Source: an uncultured Clostridia bacterium (GTDB lineage Bacteria; Bacillota; Clostridia; TANB77; CAG-508). From it: DNA of 64,000 bases. The notes under the pieces are model-generated. The model was not told the DNA's origin, made no database searches, and saw only the letters and a program-made list of their open reading frames with translations. A program made the translations under genes and the position numbers. This document shows positions 54,571 through 64,000 of the stretch, piece after piece (the stretch's first letter is position 1; every line of letters begins with the position of its first letter). Where the stretch lies: positions 6,280 through 70,279 of the forward strand of contig CANSTR010000001.1 in the NCBI GenBank assembly GCA_947649935.1, given 5' to 3'.

Positions 54571-56712
54571 CTAATCTTCCTCTCTATTATCTTTCACAAA
54601 CGTATCTGTTTTAATATTTCCTACTGTCACAGTGCCATTACCTCCAGCTCCACCATTACCATATTCTCCACCGTTTGCCTCCATTTTTCCACTATCTTCG
54701 CAATTTTTTCTATAAAATACATTGACACTTCCTCCTCCCGATGAACCTCCTGCTGCATATCCATCTCCACCATTTGATCCATTTGATGCTATACTTCCTG
54801 CATTATATAAAACATCGCTATACAAAATTAGTAATCCACCAGTTCCTGATTCTCCTGAATAGTTAGAATAATTCCCTTCACCATTACTATATGCTCCGAT
54901 ACCTCCTGGGTTTCCAGCTCCTCCACCTGCATATCTATAAATCCAACTAGACGACCACCTCCATGCAGTGCCATTACCTCCAGCTCCTCCATTTGGTTTC
55001 GCATTAATACCAGAGCCTGCCCCAGTTTTATAATTCGCCGATAGACCACCTCCACCAGAACCTCCTGAGTAAGATGTTCCAGTAGATCCTGCCCCTGACT
55101 GGCCATTAGGAGTTTTATCGCCCAAATCTAACGTTCCTTCCCCACCGCCACCTGTCTGACGATTCATTCCATCGGTACCTGCCAACCCGGCGATCCTATG
55201 TTCATAATTACCACTATAGATATATCTCGCTGGTGCTCCAGCTCCGCCATCTGCTGGAACATATTCATAATCATTGTTTCCATTCTTCCATAAATACACA
55301 TTTTCTCCTTGCGCTATTGCTCCTCTTGCTGTCATGTCTATCATACTATTATTCGATAATACACCTGTACAATATACCAATAATCCTTTTGGACCACCTA
55401 AACCAGCATCACTTTTACAAGCAGTTAATTTTGTATGATAATTCACTGTTAAATTTCCATTCACTTTTAAAATTACCATACTTTGTGCATTTGCTATTGT
55501 ACTATCTTCATTTGTCTTTGCCACATCTGTTTCTTTATTTCCAAACTCATATACCTTATCTGTTAATGTTGCTCCTGTTACATCTTTTACTCCATCCAAA
55601 ACCAAATCATTATTCTCTATTATCACATCTGCCAAATACGTTATGCCATTTACTTCAATATTTTGTGCGCCACTTGTGTTTAGTTTTGATACTTTTCCAA
55701 TCAAACTATCATTTTCGATTACTTCTACTTTTCCACTTTGCTGTTCCGTCCATATCGCATAAAACGTAATATTTTTATTAACACTTGGATATTCTCCATT
55801 TTCAAAATAATCTGGCTCTGTTGCTGTTTCATATTTTGACCATCCTAAAAAATGTTTTCCTTCTTTCGTTGGTGCTAAATTGGTAATACTTATTTGATTT
55901 GTAGTCCCTTTTAATATTTTATCTTGTTTATAGATTTGTCCCATATTGTCATCATATGTTACTGTATATGCCGTATTTACCAATATAACATTTCCCTTTT
56001 CAGTTATAACTCGAAATGTTTTATCTACATCTATTTTCTCAATATCATAAGGAATCGAAAGCTCTTGTTGTTCTTCAGTATTTACTGCTACCACTTCTAT
56101 ATCTCCATCATCTGGAATATACTCTATTTGCTTAATTTTATCATTTTCATCATTTGCCTTAAACGTCAATAAACATTTATATAATTCATCCGTTTCTTGA
56201 TTGATTGCTATTTCTAAATCCACCAATGAATTGCCTGTTTCATCCTCCATTCTTACGCCTTGCAAATTATGATAAATTTTGTCTCGATACTTTACTCCTT
56301 TTAATTTATAAACTTCTCCTGTTTTAATATTAATGACATATTCACTCTTGATATCCAAATTTAATACGTCCATATCAACCTTATACAATTCTACTTTTTT
56401 ATCCGTTACCTCTTTTATTTTCTCTGTAATTCTTATCGTTTCTGTTAAGCTATTTTCAATACTATTATTCTCCACCTTCTCATCAACCAATATCGGATAT
56501 TTACTTTTTAAATCAATTTCAGTTTCCTCTAAAATCCTATCCATATCTCGTCCTACCACATATAACTCCGCCATTTCCCTTACTGTGGTATATTCTGTTA
56601 CAAATTTTGAAAAAATGGCTCTTTCAATAATTCCATTTTCTCCACCAATAATTGCTATACTAATTCCCGCTAAAATTAATAATACAATAATTGTTACGAC
56701 CAGTGCAATCAA
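54571..56712 (-). CDS. N-terminally anchored surface protein with Listeria-Bacteroides (Flg_new) repeat and C-terminal glycine-rich region
   Basis: 713 aa. Hydrophobic N-terminus (IALVVTIIVLLILAGISIAII). List_Bact repeat (YTVTYDDNMGQ…EGKHFLGWSKY…ITFYAIW). The last ~200 aa are G/S/N/Y-rich (GGGGEGTLDLG…GGAGGNG). The start may lie upstream. Confidence 0.6.
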   Translation of the reverse strand: MIALVVTIIVLLILAGISIAIIGGENGIIERAIFSKFVTEYTTVREMAELYVVGRDMDRILEETEIDLKSKYPILVDEKVENNSIENSLTETIRITEKIKEVTDKKVELYKVDMDVLNLDIKSEYVINIKTGEVYKLKGVKYRDKIYHNLQGVRMEDETGNSLVDLEIAINQETDELYKCLLTFKANDENDKIKQIEYIPDDGDIEVVAVNTEEQQELSIPYDIEKIDVDKTFRVITEKGNVILVNTAYTVTYDDNMGQIYKQDKILKGTTNQISITNLAPTKEGKHFLGWSKYETATEPDYFENGEYPSVNKNITFYAIWTEQQSGKVEVIENDSLIGKVSKLNTSGAQNIEVNGITYLADVIIENNDLVLDGVKDVTGATLTDKVYEFGNKETDVAKTNEDSTIANAQSMVILKVNGNLTVNYHTKLTACKSDAGLGGPKGLLVYCTGVLSNNSMIDMTARGAIAQGENVYLWKNGNNDYEYVPADGGAGAPARYIYSGNYEHRIAGLAGTDGMNRQTGGGGEGTLDLGDKTPNGQSGAGSTGTSYSGGSGGGGLSANYKTGAGSGINAKPNGGAGGNGTAWRWSSSWIYRYAGGGAGNPGGIGAYSNGEGNYSNYSGESGTGGLLILYSDVLYNAGSIASNGSNGGDGYAAGGSSGGGSVNVFYRKNCEDSGKMEANGGEYGNGGAGGNGTVTVGNIKTDTFVKDNREED

Positions 56713-56883
56713 AGTAATTCCGTTGTTTCCCTGAGCAAATAAGTTTATTTGCCTCCATATGTTTACTATTCTTCATTTGTTCTCCTCCTTATATATGTTA
56801 ACTATTATATAATCAAATTGTATCATTAATCGAAATATCTTGTCAATAGTTTAAACGGAGTTTTCTAAAAATCAAAAAAAGTT

Positions 56884-56912
56884 GCCCATGAAACTCATGA
56901 GCAACTTTTTAT
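56884..56912 (-). terminator. Terminator downstream of the giant surface-protein gene
   Basis: GTTGCCCATGA-aa-CTCATGAGCAAC hairpin followed by a U7 tract on the minus transcript. Confidence 0.6.
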
Positions 56913-56931
56913 ATAAGATTTCTCGCACTTT

Positions 56932-59900
56932 TTATTTAAGCACTTTCTTCTTAATCAAGATAATTCCTCCGCAAAGGATAATCAATCCAACTGTACTAGC
57001 TAACGCTACTTGCATTTTCCAAACCATTAACGAACTACCTGTTGGTGGAGATAATGTAATCACTTCTGTTGCACTTGTATCTCTCTCATACACCATACCT
57101 GAACTTACAGTTGGGTTTCTTCCGATGTCTGTTCTTGTTTCTAGCGCCTCTGCTGGATTTTGGTTACCTGGAACTGTCAATTCATCTCTTCTACCAACGG
57201 CATTTTCATACTTGATAATCTCAGCAATGTTATCAATTTGCAAATCATCTGAATCTGCACCGACAAATTTTGTTACTGTCAAATTCATAGCTGAAAGGTA
57301 TGCAATTCCTGTATCTGCATTTGCTACATTTGGCACCAATTTCACAACAAATCCACCATTGTTAACAGCACTACTTGTATCAGCGTTATCCACACTAACT
57401 ACCAAATTGCTACGATTTGTTGCTTCGTACGAAACACCATTTTCGTCTACAATCACATCTTTACCATCGTCATCTTTTCCGACAATTTCTGGCTTAATCA
57501 ATTCTTTCAACTCAGCCACAGTCACATTACTCCAGCTCGTATTAGCAGACGCATTCATCATGCCATCAAATGTCATATCATTATCAATGTAATCTACCAA
57601 TTGTCTTACCTTTGTTGTAACCACAGCATCTGCTGGATTTCCGTCTTTACCAAAATAGTAGATACTTCCTACATAATGACCACTTACCTTATCATTCATC
57701 AAGCTAGCTCCGTCCTTTTTGTAGGTTGCAAGGTCTGTTGCCAGCTTATCATACTGCGTCTTAAATCCATTTTCGTCATTCCATTTGTATGTGTCGTCAT
57801 CTGCCAACCAGCCAGTTCTGTCAACTTCTCCCGTATTAATTGCTGTAAATCTGTATCTTACCATAATCGTGGTACCTTCTAAAATATTGGTATCCACATT
57901 AATGTAACGGAAACCTTGGTTGGTTGCTAAATCTCTGTTCAATGCCTGCAAATTCTCTGTTCCATACGAATTCGTTGGGTCTAACTCTACTTTTGCTGTG
58001 ATTTCGCCTTTGTCGTCAATTGTATAATCAATATTGTATTTCGCATCCATAATCGTTTTGCCATCTGATGTTGTCAATCGAATTTCTTCGATTTGTTTAT
58101 CCAACGTAATTTGCGTAATTGGTCTTTCTTCCAAACCGCAGTTGATATGGTTGACATCATACTTTTTCTCGCCATCTTTTGTTTCATCATAGCCATTTGC
58201 CTCAATATTCATGTCTAATTTTAAAGTATCAGCAAACATGTAATAATCTTTAAACAATTCATCCAAATATTCTGCCATGACAACGCCATTTTTGTAATCA
58301 ATCGTTCTCGATTTTTCAACTACTTGCAATCTGCGAACCTCGCTGTCAATTGCCTTATTTCTAATCTGGTCATCCGCATTTGTTTTCACAATGTCCAAAT
58401 AACTATCTGCTCTAACATAGCCGTCATCTGTCTTGCCACCTTTTTTCGTATCTGCTATCAATTTGGTTGACTTGTAATCTTGACCATTATAATATTTCGC
58501 TGTCGAGTAATCTGCTGACTCAATTTTCTTATCTCCGTAAGTAAATCGAACTACATAGTCACCTGCTGGAACATTGTTAAATGTATACTTACCTTCATCT
58601 TGTGTTGTAATTCTACTCTTAAATCCACCAGTCACTTCTTCTAATGTCTTTCCATTCAAGCAATCCAATTTTTCGCTTGTTGGCCAAGTATAATCATATT
58701 CTGTATAGGTTCCATTCGCTGTATCTGGCACCATTACTTTTTCAACCAATTCTGTTGACAAATCTTTAATTCCAACTTCATCGTCTTCTTTAATGCCATC
58801 ACCAACTTGTTGATTATAGCCTGGATTTTCCGTATTGGCATCTTTGCTGTTATCTTCCCAAGCAACACCATTAATGGTTCTGTCTCCAGCTTCATCCACC
58901 AAATCAATATTTAATTGAGGCGCAGCCATCGTGTCATCTTCATACCATTTTTTGCTATTATTTGTAATAATGCTTACATTGCCTGGTGCAGAATCACGGT
59001 CGATTTTTCCGGCAATTTGGTTAGTTCCCTTATACAATGTTGTGTAACTTGCGATTTCTGCAACATTGCATTTCAAGCCTAGGATAATCGAATCTTCGAT
59101 GTCATGTGCTTCATCTTTGTCTTTGTTTACCTTAAAGGTCATCGTCAATTCTTTTTCCTCACCTGGAGCTAACAAAATATTAGCATCATTCAATGTCATT
59201 TTATTGTAGCGAACATTTGCATCTTTCTTATCTTTATCGGTTCCAACAATGCCCGTTTTCGTTGTCTCCCATTTTTCTTTGCATCCTTCTGCAACTTTCA
59301 TCTCGGCATTAATATCTGTTTGCTCACCTTTTACAGTCTTTGTTTTCAAATACTTCGTCACATCCGTTGTCACCAAACTAAACGAACTATCATAATAATC
59401 ATCAATACTATTGATTTTTACATCATAAGCAGATGAGCTGTTGCTTAACTTAATCTTATAAGTTAAATAAATATCCATTTCTGTGTCTTTCACCGTTTTG
59501 TTATTGACATTTGGCAATGACTTGTAGAAATTCTCTAACTTATCATAAATTCCCTTATCGGTTCCTGTTTTATACATTTCTGCACGATAGTAGTAATCTG
59601 AACGATATAATCCCAATTGATACTCAATCGTTTCTCCACCATTCGCTACCACAATGTCTTTGTCAAGAGAACTCAACTTCTCCTCTGTCAAGTCAAAATG
59701 TCCGCTATAATTATATTGATACAATTTCTCTTTCACAACGACTTTTGCATTATCTAACGTCTTCGTCAAAGCAACATCTGCTGTTATTCTTGGCTTCAAA
59801 CCTAAATTAATATTCAAACAATAGTTATACACTGCTGTAAATTTATAACTTTTCTCAATTCCTTTATCTGTCACTTTTGTATCTGTATTGGTCAAAACAC

Positions 59901-62900
59901 TTCCATCATAACCATCTACATCAAATGGAACGGTCAAGCCTTCTACAGAAGTTCTCGCTGTCGCACGGAAAATGTCTTGTACTAAGCCATCTTTGTTTGT
60001 CGTAATCAAACCAGATTGCACTGGATATTCGGCGCCTGCATTTTCTGCATGATAATTAACATCCGCGGTTGTTCCATCTGCCAATGTTACTGTACCTGTT
60101 GAATCACCATTCGCATTAATTTCTGACTTTCCAGCCACATTCGTAATCACACGATTGGCATTTGCTTCTGTTGCTAACGCCATCGAATCACGTGCATATC
60201 TATCTTTTACAGAAGTTTTTGCATTGATATACGCTTTGGCTTTTTCTGCATTTGAGCCAGTATTTTTCGTTCTTGTGTCACCCTTAATTTGGTAGGACAA
60301 AAATTCTGTTGGTTCATATGTCTGCCCGTCATATACAAATTCCACATCATATCTTGCTGTATAACCATTCTTTTGTTGCTCCTCGCTAACCGATGGAACA
60401 TTAATCCTTGGCACTTGCCATTTACCATCTGACTTTGTGATAATTGGAAATGCGATTTCATTATTCGAAGTATCTTTGTATGCTTTTGCCACTTCTCTTG
60501 AAACTTCTTTTCCACTTTTATCATAAACAACTTTATAAACTGTCACTTCTGTGTTTTCTTTCAAAGTTTCACCCTCGTCATAAACACCATTTGCTTCTCC
60601 ATAGTAAGCATCTGCATTTTTATTGTCAAGTGGTTCGTCAACCCATACGATACCTGCCATCGAGAATGTCAAATCAATAATCAACAAAGAAGGCAATTCA
60701 TTGATAATTTTTGCACTCACTGTTTTTCCATCAATCAAACTATGTCCTTCTGTCGCTGCTTTATCTGCAATATCGCTATAAGTAATTCCTTTTAAACGCC
60801 AACCTTTTGGCATATTGGTCTCCTTGACAGTGTAAGTTGGTGCAGAATCACCATACCAAACAATATCTGAAATATCAAATGCCCACTTTCCATCTTCTGG
60901 AAGCGATTTTTTGATGACTTCTGTTGTATTTTGATACGTTTTTCCATTATGTACGAAAGTACCTTTAATCACAACTTCAACATCAAACTTCGCACCTTCG
61001 CTAGCCAATGTTTCTTTGCTAATCTTTTCGGTCGTCTCGATATCTTTCTCAATTCTTAAACCACCACTATGCTTTGTCATATCGTTCGTGAACTTGACAT
61101 GAATATCCGCTGTTCCGTCTGCCACCAAACTACCTTCTATTTTTCTTCCTGCTTGTTTACCTGCTGCCACAGATTTTCCATCTTTTCCAACAACGGTTGC
61201 TTCAATCTTGCTAACTTTCGCTTCCGCATCTTTGACATTAATTTCTTCTACTGTATACGTTGGAGCTGTATCACCTTTCCATACAAAACCATATGGACCT
61301 ATTTTCTCTCCTGCTCTAACATCATAGACATCAAAAGAAACTTTACCACCTTCTACATTAGAAACTCCATTAACCGTTACCCTAAAATCAAAGGTATCTG
61401 CTGTTACTTGACCTTCCAATAATGCTTTTTCAACAGTCAAAAAGCCAACATGTTCTTGCTTATCGATGTTATGATTCATTGCCAATACTTCTAACTGTGA
61501 TGTTCCACCATTCAAAGTTCCTTTTGCAGGCGTAATATATGCATTTGGATATCGTGCGCTATCTTCTGTTTCAAGCTCTATGATTTCATAAGTTGGCGTT
61601 TTATCACCATACCAAACGAAACTTTTCGATGTACTTTCTGCTGTCATTTGTCCTTTTGGTACAACAATAACGACAACATCTTCATCCGGTTCTCTTCCAT
61701 CTGGATATGTCACTGTAACCTTAAACATAAAGGTTTCATCTTTATCTGCTACGCCACCACTAATTGATTTCTTAAGTTTAATATTGTTTTCATGTTTTGC
61801 TGTATCACTAATCTGGTTTGTCACTACAATTCCTGAATCAATTGTCTTATCTGCTTGCAATGAACCTGAACCATTTTCAGTTTTTACGAACTTCCAGTCT
61901 TTATTTTTTAAATCAGGCTCTGTTATCTCATAAGTTGGAGCAATATCACCTTTCCAGCTAATTGGTCCTACCTTAACAGATTCTCCTGCTCTTGCTGTTG
62001 TATAAAGTGTTTCTTCTTTTCCATCTGCATATTTCAACTTCACACCAAATGTAAAATATTGATATTCAGAAAACATTTCTTTGACTTGGTCAGCTGTCAA
62101 CTCTTTTCCATTTTCATCCAAAGCCACCTTTTTAATGACAAGACTACCACTATGCTCATCATTATCATCTCCTGGTTTTCCAGCCTCAATTTTTACTGTT
62201 TTATACCATCTTGCAGCAAACGTCGTCAATGCCAATTCCTGTTGTGGTAAATTGCCAAGTAACTCGTCACTGAATGTTCCGTCCAATAATTCATACGTTC
62301 CACCTGCAACCAAATATTTGTAATCAATATCCATTTTCGTAAACATCGTTGCATTCTCGATTGGTTTTAACAAAATGTAGAATACTTCATCTGCATGAGG
62401 ATATGCATAGTCATCTCCATCTTTTCGATCCACAAATCGAAACTCCCAATCTTCTTTTGCAACTGGCTTATCACTGCTATCTGTATAAATATCAAATCCG
62501 CTGATTGCGCCAAAATCTACTCCATTACAACTTTGTTCTACATATTTAATTGAGAATGGACCAATTTGAAGCTTTCCTGTTTCATCAATTGTTTCCACTT
62601 TGACATTTTCAGCCCATTTATGTGTTGACTCACTTGTCACTTCTCCCTTTTCATCCAATACATTAAAAGAAACTAAGTCCTTTTTATCTTTCACTTGTGG
62701 AAATTTAAGAGTAAGTCCTGTTTCATCATCAATTGCATCCACAAAAGAACTTCTATCTAAAACACTTCCTTTTGCAATTCTTCTAACAAAAGCTTGATAA
62801 GCTTTTGCCGTTTGTGCTAATTCATTTTCCCAATATTGTCCTTTTATATTATACCAAGCCTGTTGAATTGGTCGATAACGTCCTGGTGCACCATAGGAGT

Positions 62901-63207
62901 TAATCCCTTCCTCCATCATACTTAAAATAAACGCTTCTTGTGGTCGACAAAGAATTGTATTCGTTACATAAAAGTTGGCACCTGAGCCTACCAATGGAGC
63001 ACCATGCTGATTACAAAGCATGTTCCAGTTAACATGTGACTCCAAATCTTCCAAACCAATTGTCATCGTTGTACCATATTGATTATGATTAAAACATTTA
63101 TTAGGAAGAAATCCTGCATATGCCTTTTGTGTTGCCATTATCATAATAAATGACATCATCAACAGCATCAAAATTCTTTTTATATGTTTGGCCATAGACT
63201 TAAACAC
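56932..63207 (-). CDS. Giant cell-wall-anchored surface protein/adhesin (2091 aa) with signal peptide and C-terminal SPPTG sorting signal
   Basis: N-terminal signal peptide (…IMATQKAYA). Repeated Ig-like/isopeptide-type modules (recurring WYGD/WKGD…APTYT motifs). C-terminal LSPPTGSS + hydrophobic helix + KKKVLK tail. Confidence 0.7.
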   Translation of the reverse strand: MFKSMAKHIKRILMLLMMSFIMIMATQKAYAGFLPNKCFNHNQYGTTMTIGLEDLESHVNWNMLCNQHGAPLVGSGANFYVTNTILCRPQEAFILSMMEEGINSYGAPGRYRPIQQAWYNIKGQYWENELAQTAKAYQAFVRRIAKGSVLDRSSFVDAIDDETGLTLKFPQVKDKKDLVSFNVLDEKGEVTSESTHKWAENVKVETIDETGKLQIGPFSIKYVEQSCNGVDFGAISGFDIYTDSSDKPVAKEDWEFRFVDRKDGDDYAYPHADEVFYILLKPIENATMFTKMDIDYKYLVAGGTYELLDGTFSDELLGNLPQQELALTTFAARWYKTVKIEAGKPGDDNDEHSGSLVIKKVALDENGKELTADQVKEMFSEYQYFTFGVKLKYADGKEETLYTTARAGESVKVGPISWKGDIAPTYEITEPDLKNKDWKFVKTENGSGSLQADKTIDSGIVVTNQISDTAKHENNIKLKKSISGGVADKDETFMFKVTVTYPDGREPDEDVVVIVVPKGQMTAESTSKSFVWYGDKTPTYEIIELETEDSARYPNAYITPAKGTLNGGTSQLEVLAMNHNIDKQEHVGFLTVEKALLEGQVTADTFDFRVTVNGVSNVEGGKVSFDVYDVRAGEKIGPYGFVWKGDTAPTYTVEEINVKDAEAKVSKIEATVVGKDGKSVAAGKQAGRKIEGSLVADGTADIHVKFTNDMTKHSGGLRIEKDIETTEKISKETLASEGAKFDVEVVIKGTFVHNGKTYQNTTEVIKKSLPEDGKWAFDISDIVWYGDSAPTYTVKETNMPKGWRLKGITYSDIADKAATEGHSLIDGKTVSAKIINELPSLLIIDLTFSMAGIVWVDEPLDNKNADAYYGEANGVYDEGETLKENTEVTVYKVVYDKSGKEVSREVAKAYKDTSNNEIAFPIITKSDGKWQVPRINVPSVSEEQQKNGYTARYDVEFVYDGQTYEPTEFLSYQIKGDTRTKNTGSNAEKAKAYINAKTSVKDRYARDSMALATEANANRVITNVAGKSEINANGDSTGTVTLADGTTADVNYHAENAGAEYPVQSGLITTNKDGLVQDIFRATARTSVEGLTVPFDVDGYDGSVLTNTDTKVTDKGIEKSYKFTAVYNYCLNINLGLKPRITADVALTKTLDNAKVVVKEKLYQYNYSGHFDLTEEKLSSLDKDIVVANGGETIEYQLGLYRSDYYYRAEMYKTGTDKGIYDKLENFYKSLPNVNNKTVKDTEMDIYLTYKIKLSNSSSAYDVKINSIDDYYDSSFSLVTTDVTKYLKTKTVKGEQTDINAEMKVAEGCKEKWETTKTGIVGTDKDKKDANVRYNKMTLNDANILLAPGEEKELTMTFKVNKDKDEAHDIEDSIILGLKCNVAEIASYTTLYKGTNQIAGKIDRDSAPGNVSIITNNSKKWYEDDTMAAPQLNIDLVDEAGDRTINGVAWEDNSKDANTENPGYNQQVGDGIKEDDEVGIKDLSTELVEKVMVPDTANGTYTEYDYTWPTSEKLDCLNGKTLEEVTGGFKSRITTQDEGKYTFNNVPAGDYVVRFTYGDKKIESADYSTAKYYNGQDYKSTKLIADTKKGGKTDDGYVRADSYLDIVKTNADDQIRNKAIDSEVRRLQVVEKSRTIDYKNGVVMAEYLDELFKDYYMFADTLKLDMNIEANGYDETKDGEKKYDVNHINCGLEERPITQITLDKQIEEIRLTTSDGKTIMDAKYNIDYTIDDKGEITAKVELDPTNSYGTENLQALNRDLATNQGFRYINVDTNILEGTTIMVRYRFTAINTGEVDRTGWLADDDTYKWNDENGFKTQYDKLATDLATYKKDGASLMNDKVSGHYVGSIYYFGKDGNPADAVVTTKVRQLVDYIDNDMTFDGMMNASANTSWSNVTVAELKELIKPEIVGKDDDGKDVIVDENGVSYEATNRSNLVVSVDNADTSSAVNNGGFVVKLVPNVANADTGIAYLSAMNLTVTKFVGADSDDLQIDNIAEIIKYENAVGRRDELTVPGNQNPAEALETRTDIGRNPTVSSGMVYERDTSATEVITLSPPTGSSLMVWKMQVALASTVGLIILCGGIILIKKKVLK

Positions 63208-63994
63208 CTCCTTTTCTTCTTGATTTTACAATTCCATAAACTGCAAATGCTGCCACACTACCAATCATCAAACTAATGATGATTCCAGATGTATAAATCA
63301 AGGTTTCACCCGTACTTACTGTCACAATCATGTCAGCGGTTGACATGTCATCTTCGCCTTGTGCCTTATTGGCTGGCTTTGAATTGTGGTCAGAAATACC
63401 ATAAATATTGTAATCATTTGCAATTTCTGCTGTGTTACTTACAATTCCTGTATTCTCTGCACTCATCTGCTTTGTTAGAACAAGTCTTACTTCTCTGCTT
63501 TCGCCTGGTTGCAATTCTGCATTTGCCAATGCCTTTGTATACAAATTGCCATTGGTTCCTGTGTACCAATCTGCATTTAAGTTCGAATTGAACGTCATGC
63601 CTTCTGGGATGTAATCCACGATTTCTGAAGCATATCCTGCTACATCGCCATTGTTTGTTACCGTAAATGTATACTCAATATAAACCGTCGTTCCCGCTAA
63701 ATATTTGCCTTTGATTGCACATTGTGCCAACTTCGTTTTGTCAAATTCCGTCGTATTGGTTCCTTGCGAATTTTGAACCGTCACTTTCGAAATGCCTTTT
63801 TGCAAGCCTAAACTGAATTTCTGCGCTTCCACAAGTCCAATATCCACATTGGATACGCTTGCGCCATTCACACTAATCACATCTGTTACAGCGCCATTTT
63901 CTTGTCTTCCATCTTGCTCAATTTTCGTTGTAACAACATCAGAGTTGATATTTGTTTCAACGCCTTCTCTACGATACGTTGTTGTTGTGTACAA
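63200..63994 (-). CDS. Surface protein (DUF11/conserved-repeat-like), partial; N-terminus beyond window end, C-terminal membrane anchor
   Basis: Open frame to the window edge. Ends VTVSTGETL + hydrophobic helix + KSRRKGGV. Overlaps the next gene's start by 8 nt, so the two form an operon. Confidence 0.5.
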   Translation of the reverse strand: MYTTTTYRREGVETNINSDVVTTKIEQDGRQENGAVTDVISVNGASVSNVDIGLVEAQKFSLGLQKGISKVTVQNSQGTNTTEFDKTKLAQCAIKGKYLAGTTVYIEYTFTVTNNGDVAGYASEIVDYIPEGMTFNSNLNADWYTGTNGNLYTKALANAELQPGESREVRLVLTKQMSAENTGIVSNTAEIANDYNIYGISDHNSKPANKAQGEDDMSTADMIVTVSTGETLIYTSGIIISLMIGSVAAFAVYGIVKSRRKGGV

Positions 63995-64000
63995 TACCGT

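Noticed and set aside
1-64000. tRNA, rRNA, CRISPR arrays, IS elements/transposases, integrases
   Set aside because: I found no cloverleaf-compatible conserved tRNA boxes, rRNA-like GC-rich blocks, regular repeat-spacer arrays, or transposase/integrase-like ORFs on either strand.

Overview
This is a low-GC (about 30%) Gram-positive (Firmicutes-type) chromosomal segment, with almost all genes on the minus strand. From start to end the window contains:

1. A minimal type VII secretion (T7SSb) module, essC plus esaB, preceded by two paralogous unknown proteins, with a YhcG/DUF1016-like gene downstream.
2. A housekeeping block: pnuC, a flavoprotein, mutY, a BlaI-family repressor, a PiT phosphate transporter, two DD-carboxypeptidase paralogs flanking comEA, and a HigB/HigA-like toxin-antitoxin pair.
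3. A cell-envelope block: LCP, a CvpA-like protein and an anchored beta-propeller-like protein.
4. A four-subunit pyruvate:ferredoxin oxidoreductase operon (porG-porD ... porA-porB) that is split by a GNAT gene, GC-rich hairpin repeats and a 407-aa internally duplicated Cys-motif protein translationally coupled to porA.
5. A ferredoxin, a YhgE/Pip membrane protein with a TetR regulator, an MBL-fold hydrolase, a MATE transporter, an amidohydrolase, yaaT(ricT)-holB, signal peptidase I and a bipartite acidic/basic low-complexity membrane protein.
6. An OmpR-type two-component system whose RR and HK genes are separated by tandem hairpin repeats.
7. A Panacea-domain (SocA-like) antitoxin with a small toxin.
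8. A 2671-aa GT84-GH94 cyclic beta-1,2-glucan synthase-like giant and a divergent 670-aa orphan.
9. A frameshifted CwlD-like amidase and an extremely AT-rich two-gene island of unknown function.
10. A YabE-like 3D-domain protein, a List-Bact-repeat/Gly-rich membrane protein, and an operon of giant sortase-anchored (SPPTG) surface proteins.

No rRNA, tRNA or CRISPR array was seen. The most notable non-coding signal is a family of at least 6 same-orientation GC-rich hairpins ending in CCCCTAC, inserted between genes and sometimes inside operons. Candidate novel biology:

- the AT-rich two-gene island;
- the T7SS-linked paralog pair;
- the por-embedded duplicated Cys protein;
- the hairpin repeat family.

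Three apparent frameshifts (the cwlD-like gene, a small secreted protein, and the N-terminus of the 713-aa gene) may be sequencing errors. Coordinates I derived by hand may be off by 1-2 nt.
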